Shown here: positions 13,401-27,215 of the stretch, one piece after another
How the letters are laid out: every line of letters starts with the position of its first letter
Position numbering within the stretch: position 1 is the first letter of the stretch
NCBI GenBank assembly: GCA_023920165.1
Contig: CP089278.1
Location: 992,001 to 1,056,000, forward strand
Length of the DNA: 64,000 nt
Direction: 5' to 3'
From: Curvularia clavata
Taxonomy: Eukaryota
Program-made: the position numbers and the translations under genes
The notes under the pieces: model-generated
What the model saw: the letters and a program-made list of their open reading frames with translations, nothing else
Told to the model about the DNA's origin: nothing
The model's database searches: none

Positions 13401-13582
13401 AGAACCGTTAACTCTCGCCTTTGTAGCGGGCCAGACGACGTCGCGTCTGCTCCAGCGTGTGTCTTTGCCCATGCCAATAACGAGATGAGGGTAAGGGCGA
13501 GGATAGTAAGGGCGAAGGGGCGTGCCGAGTAGCGCGGGCGCCGCCATTGCTGGATGGTCTTGAGAATGACGTCGCGGTCCAT
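10461..13582 (-). CDS. Sodium/calcium exchanger family protein (CCX/Ecm27-like)
   Basis: Two alpha-repeats (GVTLLAFGNGSPDVFST; GLTIFAVGNSLGDL..GGPMLNILLG) around a long S/P-rich loop. Intron 13390-13341. Confidence 0.92.
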
Positions 13583-14269
13583 TGTCACGACATGTTCTTA
13601 ACGTGGTCGCAGAGGGGTTTTCGGCAGCGCAAAGGATCTGGCGAGAAGCAAAGGATAAGGCGGCGAATTTGAGTGTCTGGGAGAGTAATTTGCGCGAGCG
13701 TCACAGGACAACGGAGGACGGAGCGTGAGCTGTTTGAGCAGAGGCGGGCGCTGCTTTCGTCTGGGGTATGATAGGTTCACTAGTTGGCGGGCGATCGATG
13801 GACGAGCGGTGGGCGGAGGGTGTTGCGCGATAAGAATAACAGAGCAGAAGTGGTGAGATAAGACAGGGCGGTCAAGGCCAGAGTAATGACAAGAGTCAAC
13901 GGCAACTAAGAGCCCAAGAGGCCGTGAAATGAGCGTCGTCACCACGCCAGTTGTCGCGGCGAAGAAGTGGCTGAGTGGCGGTGCAGAAATCAACTGTGGC
14001 GTTTGTCAGAATGGGGAAAGAAGGAAGGTGCTTAGCGCCACCCCCACGGCGCGTGGCAGTCTTGGCGCCTTTGCCCTGCGCTTGGACCAATGTGTTGACA
14101 AACAAGACCACCGATTGAGACAAGCAAGCCCCTCTTGCGGCGACGGGACGACAACGAAGACGACGACGACGTTATTCTTGGGCACTCTGAATGAGATCAA
14201 CCACTTGTCTTGCTCCACGCCCACTGTAAAGGCCCAGCAGCCGTCCTGACTGCATCACACATCCCAACC

Positions 14270-16805
14270 ATGCCACGCACAACCAAGTATGCAACGGCTG
14301 CCACGCCGCAAAAAACACCCATCAAGTAGGACTAGTCTGTCCTCGTACACTACACGAATGGGTCCGACTAACTCGCATAGAGTACCTCTCAATGACGTAC
14401 CCCTCAACGACGACCGCCAGGAAAAGGCTAATCGCCGCCATGCCCATAAAGAAGCCCAGCGCAACTCCATGCGAGCGTCAACGGCCACTCCCGCCAGAAA
14501 GCGCATGTCGCTTGCGGCTGGCTACGACAACCCTCATACGCCCTCGCAGGGCGAAGATGACATGCCTGATATCACCGGAACTGCCGTGACACCAGGCAAG
14601 CGTGTCATGCCGCTGTTGGCCAACTTCGAGGAGTGGATGAAGATGGCTACGGACAATGTATGCACAAGATGGCATAAGTCACTCAGATGCTAACTCTTCG
14701 GAACAGAAAATCAATGCCAATAACTCGTGGAACTTTGCGCTCATCGATTACTTCCATGAAATGTCATTGCTTAAAGAAGGCGATGGCGTCAATTTCCAGA
14801 AAGCAAGTTGCACACTGGACGGCTGCGTTAAGATCTACACCAGCAGAGTCGACAGCGTTGCCACTGATACTGGCAAGCTGCTGAGTGGACTCGCTGAAAA
14901 TGCAGGCAGGAAACGCCGCGGCGATGCCGAAGATGGTGAAGATGGCGATGATGATGGCGAGGACGACGAGGAAGGTGAGGATGGCCAAAAGAAGCGCAAG
15001 AAAAGGGCTGCACGCTCCGCTGAAGCTACACTTGCATCTTCCTTTGCTCAGCTTCAGAACAAGAAGATGGAGCTCGAGTTCTCTGTAGACCCGCTCTTTA
15101 AAAAGGCGTCCGCAGATTTCGATGAAGGAGGTGCAAAAGGCCTGTTGCTCAATCACCTGGCCATTGACGGAAAAGGCAGAATTGTGTTCGATAGCAGTGA
15201 CGATGCAGGCGACGCCACCGCCGAAGATACTCGCCCTAACCAAGGTCTTGAAGAATTACGGCAGCAGTCCCTGGAGCCACAAGAAGCGCAGCCATCCGAC
15301 AACATCGACATTGACATATCAGGGCTGGCTACGAAGTATTTCCCCAACCTAGCTCGACTTGATCAGCAAGATGTCTGTCCCTCCATGAAGACTTTTGATC
15401 TTGGGGATGTGGATGGTTCGATGGATCTTCCTTTTCTCAAGGCCCCTGATGACGATGCCAAAGATAAAGAAGAGGACGAAGAAGATGGACCAGGCAATCG
15501 ATCAGGACTCTTCCTTGACGACGAAAACCCCATGGGTTTTGATGATGACGACATGAATATGGGCGGCTTCGATTTACCTCCAGAAACTGGCTTTGGTGAG
15601 GGTGGTGAAGTTTGGGCTCGTGAAGCAATCCGGGATCCACAGGCTCGCGTTCATACTATAGGTATTGAAGACAACGAGGAGGGTGCCGAGGGTGCTGAAG
15701 GTGCTGTTGGCGCTGACGCTCAGTATGGTGTGTCCATGGTGCATGGTCGGGACCAAGAACAAGAGAACATATTGAGCTATTTCGACCAAGCTCTCAAGAA
15801 AAGCTGGGCTGGACCAGAGCACTGGCGAATCTCAAGAGTCAAGCAAATCGGCAAAGCGACTCCAACAGTGAAGAGGAAAGAAAAGGAGCCCTTTGAGATC
15901 GACTTCACTGCACCCATGACCCAGTCGTTGGCGGACATGCTCTACACACCTGCGACGTCGAATTCCACCATATCCTTACCCAAAGCACAATGGAAATCGA
16001 AGTCACGGAATCTACTGCCTGACGATAAACATTTCAATTCGAAACAGCTACTGCGGTTGTTCCTGAAACCGAAGGCGCGTATGGGACCACGAAGAGAGGG
16101 ACGACGAATGCAGCCTCCACCCAACGAACCCGCTAATGGTGATGCCGACGAAGCATACTGGGCTACCCAAGGCAACGATGTCGAAGACGGTGCAGCACAG
16201 GGCAATTACGATGCGGACTTCTTCCAAGACGATGGCCTGCCAATGCCTGGCGGGCCTATTGACGACGACGAAGATTTCGCAGATGCGCGCGAGCACTTCT
16301 CGCCTGCACCCGAAGCTCCTAATGCTACACAACCACTCGATGGCACAATACCTAGTTCACAAGCGGATGCCTTTGGCGCCCAACTCGTAACACAAAGCCG
16401 CCGGTTCCGACCAGAATACGTGCAGTATGCCAGAGTGGCGAAGAAGGTCGATGTAAAGAGATTGAAAGACGAGCTCTGGAAGGGTATTGGTCTTGAAGGC
16501 GTAAGTACTATCCATGCCACGAATATTCATCCTACATAACTAACATAAACGACTAGATCACCGCGCCACCCAAACCTGATGCCGTTGATGACCCAGCAAT
16601 CAAGGCAGTAGATGGCTCCCTAACTTTCACCAAAGTCGTCAATGGCCTGCAATCCGTCTACTCAAAACAAACAATGGCAGATATCTCTACAAGTTATTGC
16701 TTCATTTGCTTGCTGCATCTGGCGAACGAACAGGGACTCGTGATTGAGAATCAGGAGAATTTTGAGAATCTGACTATTAGAAAGGATTTCACGGCTGAGG
16801 TATGA
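14270..16805 (+). CDS. BRN1: Condensin complex subunit 2 (kleisin, barren/Cnd2)
   Basis: Exons 14270-14325, 14381-14657, 14707-16500, 16557-16805. Motifs DNKINANNSWNFALIDYF, NFQKASCTLDGCVKIYTSRVDSV, DPLFKK, WAGPEHW, FICLLHLANE. Confidence 0.95.
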
Positions 16806-17399
16806 GGGGACTTGATTGATGATGATGATGGGGTTACGAATCCACGAGTTAAACATAGCGACGCATGGGATCATATCATGCGAATAAGAATAGATTATTC
16901 CTGCTTGTGCTCTCTCAATCACCAACATTGTTACGAACTCAGTTGAAGAACAAAAAAACTCAAGTGTACATTTCGTGTTCCGAAACCGTGAAACAACAAC
17001 CCCCTAATCCCATTATTTCGAGCCTGGAGATTGCAGTAGAGTTCATGTACAACTATAGTACTGAGAGACGGAGAGAAGCGCACTGCAAAAGATAGACACA
17101 CTTTACGCCAGACAAAGAAAGCAAAAAAAAAAAAAATAGACTTCGCAAAGCGAAGGAAAACCAAACAGGTTGGTAGAAATGGCATTAAGGCGTAACAACA
17201 TCCCAAATAAAATCCAGAAAAAATCATCAATCGCAACAGGATGGTATCTTCGCGCATGGGTTTGCCCTCCCGCAATCCACATGAATAGCAGTTAGACAAA
17301 GAAGCAAACGCCAAAAATATCCCCTTCCTGGCAACGTAACGCAACGCACTTTCATTAAAAAAAAATCCCTTCTTCTTCCCTCGGCTCCCCTTTCCCTTC

Positions 17400-20219
17400 T
17401 CATTTCTTCTTTCTAGTCGAATCCTTACGAACAGCGGTACCAGCAGCCCATCGGAAAAAGGGCGATGGGGCAGGCTTCTTGCGTGAAGAGTGTCCGGAGC
17501 CGCCGCTGCCGCCACTGGGTACGACAATGACGGCGGGTGGTGACGTTTGGCCTCCGGGAGGTGGTGGCGGTGGTGGGGGCATGGCGCCTAGGGGCACGAT
17601 GCCTGGGGGAGGTGGAGGAACTGTTACGACATGGGCGTGAGATACAGACTCACGTTTCCTGCTCTTATCCTTCTTACCTTTGCCCCTGAGAGGAAGATGG
17701 TCCGCCAGGAATTGCTGCGCATCTGGCGGTGGCGGAGGTGGAGGCGGTACAGCGTCCTTTGGTGGCTCTGGTGGCGGTGGTGGCGGTTCTGGCATGGGCC
17801 ACATGTGCATGGTGATGGCCCAGTCAGGCTGAATCATGGTTTCCCAGACCTGGGGTAGGATAATCTCGCCGTCCGGTCCTACAAGATCGTAGTGGCCTTG
17901 ATGGACATGAGGTCCAATAACGTCGACATGTAGGAAGGCTTGCTTGATAAGTTCCTCCATGCCCTAAATTTGGTTTAGTAAAAACTCATTGTCACATTGT
18001 GGTTGCGAACGTACCTTCCATGTCTTGCAGAGGTCCCATGGGAAGCTGAACTTGCGTCCAACTGCGTCCTTGAATTTAATAGGTAGCTTTGGTGCGTCAG
18101 ATGGCTTGAGAGCGGCAGCCTCTTCCTCAGCAGCCTTCTTGGCTTTCTCAAGCTCCTCTGCGGCGGCTTTGGCCTCTGCAAGTGCTTTCTCGTGAGCTTT
18201 CTTAGTCTCTTCGGCTTCGGCAGCGGCCTTCTTCTCAGCTTCCTCTCGCGCCTTCTCAGCAGCTTCGAGCAGAGCCTTGGCCTTTTCGGCGGCAGCCTTC
18301 TTCTCTTCTGCAATTCTAGTAGCTTCGGCGTCTGCTGCAGCCTTCTCTGCTGCACGGGCGGCGTCTGCGGCGGCTTCTCGCTTCAGCTGCTCGTCTTTCT
18401 GAGCAAGAATGAGCTGCTCGAGTTTGGCGAGTTTGTCCTCATCACCCTTCTTCTTCGCCTCCTCAGCAGCCTTTGCTGCTTTTTCGGCAGCTTCCTTTTT
18501 GGCCTTGTCTTTTTCCATCTTTGCCTCCTGCTGGGCAATGAGCAAGTTCTCGAGACGAGCAAACTTGGCAAGTTCGGCATCTCGCCTGGCTTGCTCTGCT
18601 GCCTTTTCTTCCTCGTCAGCCTTTTGGAGTAGGAGCTTCTCGAGCTTTGAAAGCATGTTCTCTTCTTTGGGGTCTGGCTGAGCCGGTGCTGGTGGAGGCG
18701 GAGGAGGAGCCATCATTTGCTGCATCTGAGCCAATTGCTGCATCTGCTCCAGTTGTTGCATTTGCTGCATTTGCTGCATATGTTGCATTGGTGGCAGCTG
18801 CTGTAGCGCTTGCTGCATTGGCTGTTGCATAGGTTGCAATTGCATCTGTAGCGCTCCTGGAGTCTGGGGTGCTGCAGGAGGTGGTGGCGGCGGTGCGGGA
18901 GCTGGGGGCGCCTGGGCAGCAGCAGGTGGAGACGGGGCATGACGATCTTCTTCAGGTTGAGGTTTTGGTGTGGCTCGCTTCGAGGGGGGGTTCTGCGGGG
19001 GTGGGGATGGGTGTTCAGGGTGTCCATAGGGAGGGTACATGTGCGGCGGCATGCCATATGGCGCCCCACCGTATGGCGGATAATAGCCCATTGGTGAGTA
19101 AGGCATCATATCTGCTCCAGGTGCCGGAGGCATCGAGTTGCGGTGGCCTCTACGGCCCTGGCGAGGATCCTGATAGTCTGGGAAGTAGCCGCTGCGAGGG
19201 TCTGCAGAGGGAGGTGCCTGTGTAAAAGGGTTTTGTCCATTGGGCGCAAAAGGGTTCTGAGCATATGCACCATGGGAGTCATGGCCGAAAGGAACAAGTT
19301 GACCTGCAGGTGATTGAGAACCTCCGGGGTAGCCGTACTGGTATCGTGGGTCTGAAATCATGCTAGGCGCAAAGGCATTGGGGCCATGCTGGGGTATATG
19401 GCCCCAGCCAGCACTTGGGTGGCCGTGGGGCGGAGCTCCTCGAGCGGCGCCACCATAGGGGTAGTCGTCGTCATCATCGCCTTCCAGAGGCTCCTGGTGG
19501 ACGGATTGAGGCCTTGGCCGTCGTGGCCTACGTTGGCGATCCAGTTTGCTTCGGCTTCGGCTTCGACTGTGACTCTCAGGACGGGAGGGGGGATCTGGAA
19601 CAGGAGCAGCGTGGCGCGAAGATGCTCGCTCCCGTCGTGAGGCTTTTGGTCGGTGGACTGGTGGTGGTGCTACAGCAGGAGGATGTACGACGTGGTGGGC
19701 AACACGGTGGTGGGTGATGGCGCGATGAGGGGCAGCGTGGTGGTGTTTTGTACGTGGACGGGAGGCAGAGTCTGAAGGATTGATCTCGTCCTCAATATAG
19801 TCCCACGAACCTTCGTCTTCTTCCTCTTCGTCGTCGTCTTCGTCGTCGTCCTCGTCGTCGTCCTCTTCGTCTTCTTCGTCGTCGTCGACCTCTTCGGTCT
19901 CTTCACCAGTGCTGTATTCTTCTTCACTGGCAGACACGACCTGGATTCCAGCCGAGTCCTCGTCGGTGAAGTCGTCGTCGTCGTCGTCAAAAGCACCCGT
20001 GTGGTTGTTGACAGTAATTCCCTTCCTGAGTCTGATTGCAACGTTAGTGTCGCCCTTGACATGATAGCGGCGCTGGGGAGGAGAAATCGAAACACTCGAA
20101 GGGGCAGTGCTGGGCGTCGTGCGCGACGATGACGACGTCGCGCGCGACTTTGCCGAGCGGCGAGAGGGGGCACGAGGCATAGCGCGACGATGGGGGAGAT
20201 GGGCTATGACTAACGGCAT
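17400..20219 (-). CDS. Low-complexity, coiled-coil protein with a conserved fungal ubiquitin-like domain
   Basis: PIKFKDAVGRKFSFPW..MEELIKQAFLHVDVIGPHV..HYDLVGPDGEIILPQVWE domain split by intron 18014-17964. Acidic, P-rich, Q/M-rich and AEK-rich tracts. Start is 20219 or 20180. Confidence 0.8.
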
Positions 20220-21899
20220 GAGGTTGGTGGTGCTGAAGGAGGAGCCGTACTCGAGCCTGCTCCTACCAGAGAATGGCCGAGTCCGGAGTCCTGAGGGCGC
20301 GAAAAAGGAAGAGCGTGAAGGGCCAAGTTGGGGGGCGGGCGGGCGAACAGCAGTCGAGGTCCGGAGCGGAAAAGGGACGGGGGTAGGTGAATGGGAGGGT
20401 TGTAAGTGGTGGTGGGGGTGTTTTCGCTGACCGCTTTCAGCGCGGGCGGGGCAGTGCGGCGCTGCTAAGAAGGCGAGACACTACCACAAATGGCGTATTG
20501 ATAAACAGACGGCAAAGCACCGGCACTGCAGGCGACTAGCGGCGTGGCTGCAATGGGATTTGTATCAGGTTGATGCTGCGGGCGTTGTCGCGGTCGTGGG
20601 TGCCTTTGCTCACACGCAGAAGAGGGGGGGAGCGAGGAGAATGGCGTCTGGTCTGGACGGGAGCCAGGGTATGTCGTGGTTGATGAATGCCTGACGGCGC
20701 CGTGGTGGCCGGGCGAGACGCTGATTCGCCGGCAGAAGCAAAAGGCAGAATGTCTCGAAACACTCGGGCAGCTTGGAACCAGGCTTTTGCAAGGCAGACG
20801 GCCGGTCAGAAGGGGGGTTGCTGTCGGTCGCACGCAGGCTGGAGCAGGGCAGATCGTGTGACAAGACGAGTTCAAGGCCTGCGCCAAACTCTCCAAATCA
20901 GATGACAATGGGAAAAGTCCAGTCGTGCTGTTTCGGACATAGTCTGGCTCAACACCTAACAGCAGCAGAAGACGGGATGTAGTGACGACAGCGTCGTGGT
21001 TGCTGAGCCGCGAGAGCAAGTCTACTACTGCACATGCACTGCCCACTTTGGCTGCTATTTAATTGTTTTGGCCTGACCGGAGCAACGTAGGACAATTTGC
21101 TATGGAATGCATGTCTCTAGTCGCATACGTGGTACATGCTCATTGTCCACGTCCCTTACCGCCCACAGCCCAACCCGTATGCACGCCTGCCACACCCATG
21201 ACCCAGAGGCTCGACGGGAGCCGCCGTGGAGCCCAACCATACCAAGCTGCCCTGACGTGCGTTTGTCACCGAGGGCCGTGACACGTGTAGCCCGGAATGC
21301 CCACCGTCCACACGACAAGATGCATCCGCCTTGGGCACTGGTGCAGCCCTTTGTTGCGCTGGTCATCAACATGTGGGGTCTCACCTTGCTTATTGCTCTC
21401 CACGACATGCTACTTCTGCACTGTTAGTTGTCTTTGCAAACTAAACTTGGAACCACAATTCAAGGTTTCCAAATAGCTCCCAACGCCCACTATATTCTCA
21501 GCCTCAAAGTGCCGTCCTCGCCTATCTTAGCCGCATGTTGAAGCGAATCCAGACAGTAGGCACAAGTAACATTGCCCCAGATAGATGACGGCATCTTGTG
21601 TCTTGTCTGTGAACCGCCCCCATGGGGCTTCCAAGGGGAACCTGATGGACAAGGTAGCAGGGCCAACAGGGCGGGAATGACAGGGTCGGAAGACCCTAGG
21701 GCCCATGCACGCCCTCAGTCGTTGCTTTTTCTTGCTGCTGATCACGGGACGTCACACACACACAAGCATACATCTCTCGCCCATGTCACAAGACAAGGAA
21801 ATCTTATTGTTGGAAATACTTGGCACTGTACAAGATATAGAACACACGCTGCCGCTACCCGCTCTTCCAACCCGCGCAAAATGCAAAGCCGCTCGACAC

Positions 21900-23274
21900 C
21901 TATTGGTTCGTCTTGCCGGAAGTGTTTGGCTTGGGGAGGTGGTCCAGGATGCTCTTGTTGGGTGGTGGCTGGTAAAGGATCTTTCGGTTCTTGAGCGGTG
22001 CCCACTTGTACCTGTTGTCATGGTTAACATTAGCCCACCCCATGTGTGCCTCTTATGCCAAACATACCTCTTGACCCAGACACTGAGAGCGAACAAGACG
22101 CTAGTGACAGCCAGGACCTTCCATCCCATCTTCTTGCGGTCATCCATCTCAGGCTCGGCAGCCCAGTTGAGGAACTCAACAACGTCCTTGGCCATCTGCG
22201 AAGTCGAGGCCTTGGTGCCATCCTCGTATTCAACCAGGTCGTCGTACAGAACACGAGCCATGGCAATGCCGGTACCAGGGAAGTAGGGGTTGAAGTTAAG
22301 GCCGTCCTGAACAACAGCACCCGCAGGTGGCTCCTCGGGGTAACCAGTCAACAAGCTGAAGATGTAGTTGCAGCCACCGTGGCGGGCCTTGACCATGAGC
22401 GATAGATCCGGGGGAAGGGCACCGTTGTTGGCGGCACGGGCAGCCTCGTCGTTCTTGTAAGGCGCGGGCATGTAGTCAGACAGCTTTCCGGGACGCTTCT
22501 CGATTTCACCCTGGTCGTTGGGCTCCGTGTCGTATTCGTTCTCCTCGGCAAGAGCCTTGGCCTCATCGACAGTCATGAACTTGCCGACAAGAGCTCGGTA
22601 AGGTACACGGGAGATGGAGTGGCAGGACGCGCAGACTTCGCGGTAGACCTGGAATCCACGGCGGAGGCTATGGACATGTTAGGAAGAGCGTGCGAGTGCT
22701 ATGCGAGGAGGACGTACGCTGCGTGATCAAAGGTCTTGTACCACTTCTCATGCTCCCAAGGGTACTGGGTTGGGTGCAGACTACAAGTTGCACAGTCAGC
22801 TTCATCTTGTTCTCCTTGATACTGCTGCTGCTACTGCCATGACATGATGCACGTCATTCCCTCCGTCTTTCCGCCATAAGCAGCCTGTGAGCTGGATACT
22901 CACCCTTCTTCGGCGGGAGTCATGGCATCGACATCGCGTCCGTAGAGATGCCAGTACCAGGCAGTCGAGCCGACGGCGAAGATGGTGGCACCGGCGGGGA
23001 GGGCGTTGTTCTTCCATGCGGAGCCAGCTCCCTCGGCAGAGGCCGATGTCGAGGCGAAGCGCTGTGATGATCCAATCCGTCAGCCAGATATTCAATTGCA
23101 GCAGGAGAATGCTTGGGCACGACTGAGATGCCGGAGATGGCGTCGATGGAGCTTGCGGAAGCACTTGTCGTAAACTGGGCCATGTGGGAGGCGTACCGAA
23201 ACTGGTCTGCTGGTGGCATTGCGAGCCGCGGCGCCAGCGGAGCGAGCCGTACGCAGTGCTGAGCGAGCCAACAT
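21900..23274 (-). CDS. CYT1: Cytochrome c1, mitochondrial (5 exons)
   Basis: Presequence [27 protein letters not shown] heme motif; [19 protein letters not shown]-terminal TM anchor. Four GT-AG introns. Confidence 0.97.
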
Positions 23275-24191
23275 GGTTGTGTGAAGCCGGCTCGAGCAAG
23301 AGGGGAAGTGGATCAATGGGGTTGTCGGCGTTGGTGATAGTGGTGATGGAGGGCTGTTCGGTCGCAACTTCTTCGCTCAAGGCTTGGCGAGACCTAATCA
23401 AGTCGAGGGGCGCTGTGATTGGCCGGCGCCCGCGGCTTTCGGCGATCCATGATCTTTATACTACGAGCAGCCAGTCGATATGCAGCACACGCACGCAACA
23501 GTCACTGCCCAGGCAATTGATGGTCAGGATGAGGGATTGAGTGCCTGTCTGGACAAGTTTCTGGCTCTTTTGTTGATGTTCCTACAGATGCAGCGTGGCA
23601 GAGGTCACATGACTTGTTGCAAAACATAGCCGGCACGCCGAACTTTGGACAGGAGGCGCAAGAAGAGCTCTGGGCTCGTGACATGATATCCATTCACCGG
23701 TCACTTGTGCGCTGAGTTTGGATGGAACGTGCAATGCCTCTCAAGAGACGCAACCATTGCATGCTGCAGTCATCAATCCACCTAATATGTTGGCGTCCTC
23801 ATCCGATGCATTTGCTGGACGCAAAAACTGGCATGTAGCTCTACTTCTATACCCTTCCGCTCAAGGAGGAATTGCGAAAGGGCTCAAACGAGGGCAGTGT
23901 TTTCTCTGGCAAGGACTGGCAGTATCGCCAGAACACTCAGCGTCTCTGCAGAGGGAGATGGCTGGGAGGACTTCCTTGCGGTGTTGGAGAAAAGGAAAAA
24001 AGAAAAGCTTTGCCCAGGGCGACGGGCAGATATTTGAGCGGGGGCTACACACACCTCAGGCATGGGCAGCTTAGCGGCGTGTGCAGAGCCAAAGTCCGCA
24101 TCGCCTCTGCCCTGACAAACCTCGCCCGGCCAATCGCGACGACGGCGCTCTCACCGCAGCACGCCCTCGTTCACTGCAGCTGTTGAGCTAG

Positions 24192-27100
24192 ATGCAGTGC
24201 TTCAGGCAGAATGCCGCCTCTGCCCTGCAATGCGGGCGCGTGGTGCTATCGCGGCCTGTCATCACCGCCTCGCGCAGTCGGCTGAGCACTCGCCCGCGTC
24301 TGCTACTGCACACGCTCTCGAGCCCCACGACAAGCTCTCAATACCCCGCTACCCGCGCCCAGGTACAACACGCGACGATTCGCCCGTCTCGACCATCCCT
24401 CTCGCACCCCTCCCGACTCTCCCTCACTCCACCTGTCCGCTACTGTTCACACCGACGAAACATGTGCAGACACTTCGGCGTCGACGACCCGTCGTCCACC
24501 ACTGTCACCCAGGGCCGAGAGGTGCTGCCTACCAATGTCAAGCCTGTGCACTACGACTTGACATTGGAGCCAGACTTTGACAAGTTCACCTACAATGGCA
24601 CTGTCACCATCGAGTACGTTGGCCTCTCATTGCAACGCATGATGCTGGTTGCTAACACGCCGCCAGTCTAGAAGTCGCTGACGACACCACCTCCGTAACA
24701 CTCAATACGAACGAACTCAAGATCCATTCCACCAAGGTCACAACGGGCCAGGAGGTCGTGTCGGATGCGCCCAATGTTACCACGGATGAGGATGCGCAGA
24801 CAACCAAGGTCAGCTTCGACAAGACTATTCCCCGTGGTAGCAAGGCACAGCTTACTATGACCTTCTCGGGCATCCTCAACGACAACATGGCTGGCTTCTA
24901 CCGCTCCTCGTTCAAGGCAGCGGATGGCTCCACCACATACATGGCAACGACTCAGATGGAGCCTACAGATGCTCGACGAGCGTTTCCCTGCTTCGACGAG
25001 CCGGCACTGAAGGCCAAGTTCACGGTGACACTCGTTGCCGACGAGAAAATGACCTGCCTGAGCAACATGGATGTAGCCTCGGAAAAACAAGTCGAGAGTA
25101 CCATCTCAGGCGGAAAGCGCAAGGCAGTCACCTTCAACCCGACACCACTCATGTCGACGTACCTCTTGTGCTTCATTATTGGAGAGCTCAACTACATCGA
25201 GACCAACAAGTTCCGCGTCCCCGTGCGCGTGTATGCTCCCAAGGATAGAGACATTGAGCATGGCCGCTTCTCTCTCGAACTGGCGGCCAAGACGCTCGAG
25301 TTCTACGAGAAGACCTTCGACAGCCCCTTCCCACTGCCCAAGATGGACATGGTGGCCATTCCAGACTTCAGTGCTGGCGCTATGGAGAACTGGGGTCTCA
25401 TTACCTACAGGGTCGTTGATGTGCTCATCGACGAAAAGGTCAGTGGCGCTGCCACTAAGCAGCGCGTAGCCGAGACTGTGCAGCACGAACTCGCGCATCA
25501 GTGGTTCGGCAATCTTGTCACTATGGATTTCTGGGATGGCTTGTGGCTAAACGAGGGATTCGCGACATGGATGTCGTGGTATTCTTGCAACGTCTTCTAC
25601 CCTGATTGGAAAGTCTGGGAAGGCTACGTTACTGACAACCTCGCGAGTGCACTGTCCCTGGACTCACTGCGCAGCAGCCATCCTATTGAGGTACCAGTGA
25701 AGCGCGCAGATGAGATCAATCAGATCTTTGATGCCATTTCGTATTCCAAGGGCTCTAGCGTCATTCGCATGATCTCCAAGTGGGTTGGCGAAGAAACCTT
25801 CATGGAGGGTATCCGCCAATACTTGAAGAAGCATGCTTACGGCAACACCGAGACGGGTGATCTCTGGGATGCTTTGTCCAAGGCCAGCGGTAAGGATGTC
25901 GGTAAGGTCATGGACATTTGGACCAAGAAGGTTGGCTACCCTGTGGTCACCGTCACCGAGGGCAGCGACTCAATCCACCTCAAACAAAACCGCTTTTTGC
26001 GCACAGCCGACGTCAAGCCCGAAGAAGACCAGACGCTGTACCCTGTCTTCCTCGGCCTGCGGACAAAGGAAGGTGTCGATGAAGATCTGACCCTGTTCGA
26101 TCGCGAGGGTGACTTCAAGCTCAAGGACATGAGTTTCTTCAAGCTGAATGCAGACCACTCCGGATTGTATCGAACCTCGTATACGCCAGAACGACTAGGC
26201 AAGCTTGGCGTTGCCGCAAAGGAGGGCCTCCTGACTGTTGAGGACAGGGCCGGCATGATTGCTGATGCGGGTTCGCTGGCTGCCTCTGGCTATCAAAAGA
26301 CGTCTGGCATCCTCTCCCTGCTTGACAGCTTCAAGGACGAATCCGAATTCGTTGTCTGGGGAGAGATTTTGTCGCGCATTGGTGTGCTTCGTGGCGCATG
26401 GATGTTTGAAGACGAGAAGACAAGGGATGCTCTGAAGAAGTTCCAGTTGGACCTCAGCGCGGACAAGGCGCACGAGTTGGGATGGGAGTTCAGTGAAAAC
26501 GACGGACACATTCAGCAGCAGTTCAAGGGCCTGATGTTTGGTGCGGCCGGTATGGCTGGTGATGAGAAAATTACCAAGGCCTGTTTCGATATGTTTGCCA
26601 AGTTCAAGGCGGGCGACAAGTCTGCTATCCACCCCAACATTCGCGGCAGTGTATATGCCATTGTACTAGACAAGGGTGGTAAGGACGAGGTAAGAAGTCG
26701 TTGTTCTGAGCACTACAGGTCAAGATGCTAACGAAAATCAGTACGACACCATTGTGAACGAGGCCAAGAACGCCGCGACGAGCGACGAACGCAATTCAGC
26801 TCTGCGTTCGCTTGGAAGAGCCAAGTCGCCAGAGCTGATGCAGCGCACGCTCAACATGGCACTCAGCGACGATGTCAAGGGACAGGATATCTATCTGCCC
26901 ATTGGAGCTCTGAGAACGCACCCAGAAGGATGCCATGCACTCTGGAACTGGGTCAAGGAGAACTGGGCCGAATTAGAGCGCAGGCTACCCCCTAGCCTGA
27001 GCATGCTTAGCTCTGTCGTGTCCATAACGACGTCTTGTTTCACGCACCGTGAGCACGTTGAGGACATTGAGGCCTTCTTCAAGGACAAGAGCACAAAGGG

Positions 27101-27215
27101 TTTCGACATGTCGCTGTCTCAGAGCCTGGACAGCATCAACGCAAAGGCTGCATGGGTCGCGCGAGACTTTGAGGACGTCAATGCTTGGCTCAAGGAACAC
27201 AAGTACCTGCAGTAA
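24192..27215 (+). CDS. APE2: M1 family alanyl aminopeptidase (Ape2/Aap1-like)
   Basis: GAMENWG and HELAHQWFGN..LWLNEGFA zinc motifs, ARRAFPCFDEP. Introns 24614-24666 and 26690-26741. Second in-frame ATG (MCRHF) near 24462. Confidence 0.93.

Noticed and set aside
16931..17527. 198-aa minus-strand F/L-rich ORF; similarly 34963-35544 on the plus strand
   Set aside because: Arises from T-rich 3' UTR sequence of the adjacent genes.
20465..21046. 193-aa ORF upstream of the ubiquitin-like-domain gene
   Set aside because: GC-rich leader/promoter sequence with S/P/R/C-rich, non-coding-like composition.
23403..23422. CCAAT box upstream of CYT1 as a bipartite HapX site
   Set aside because: CCAAT is present, but the RWT submotif 12 nt downstream is absent.
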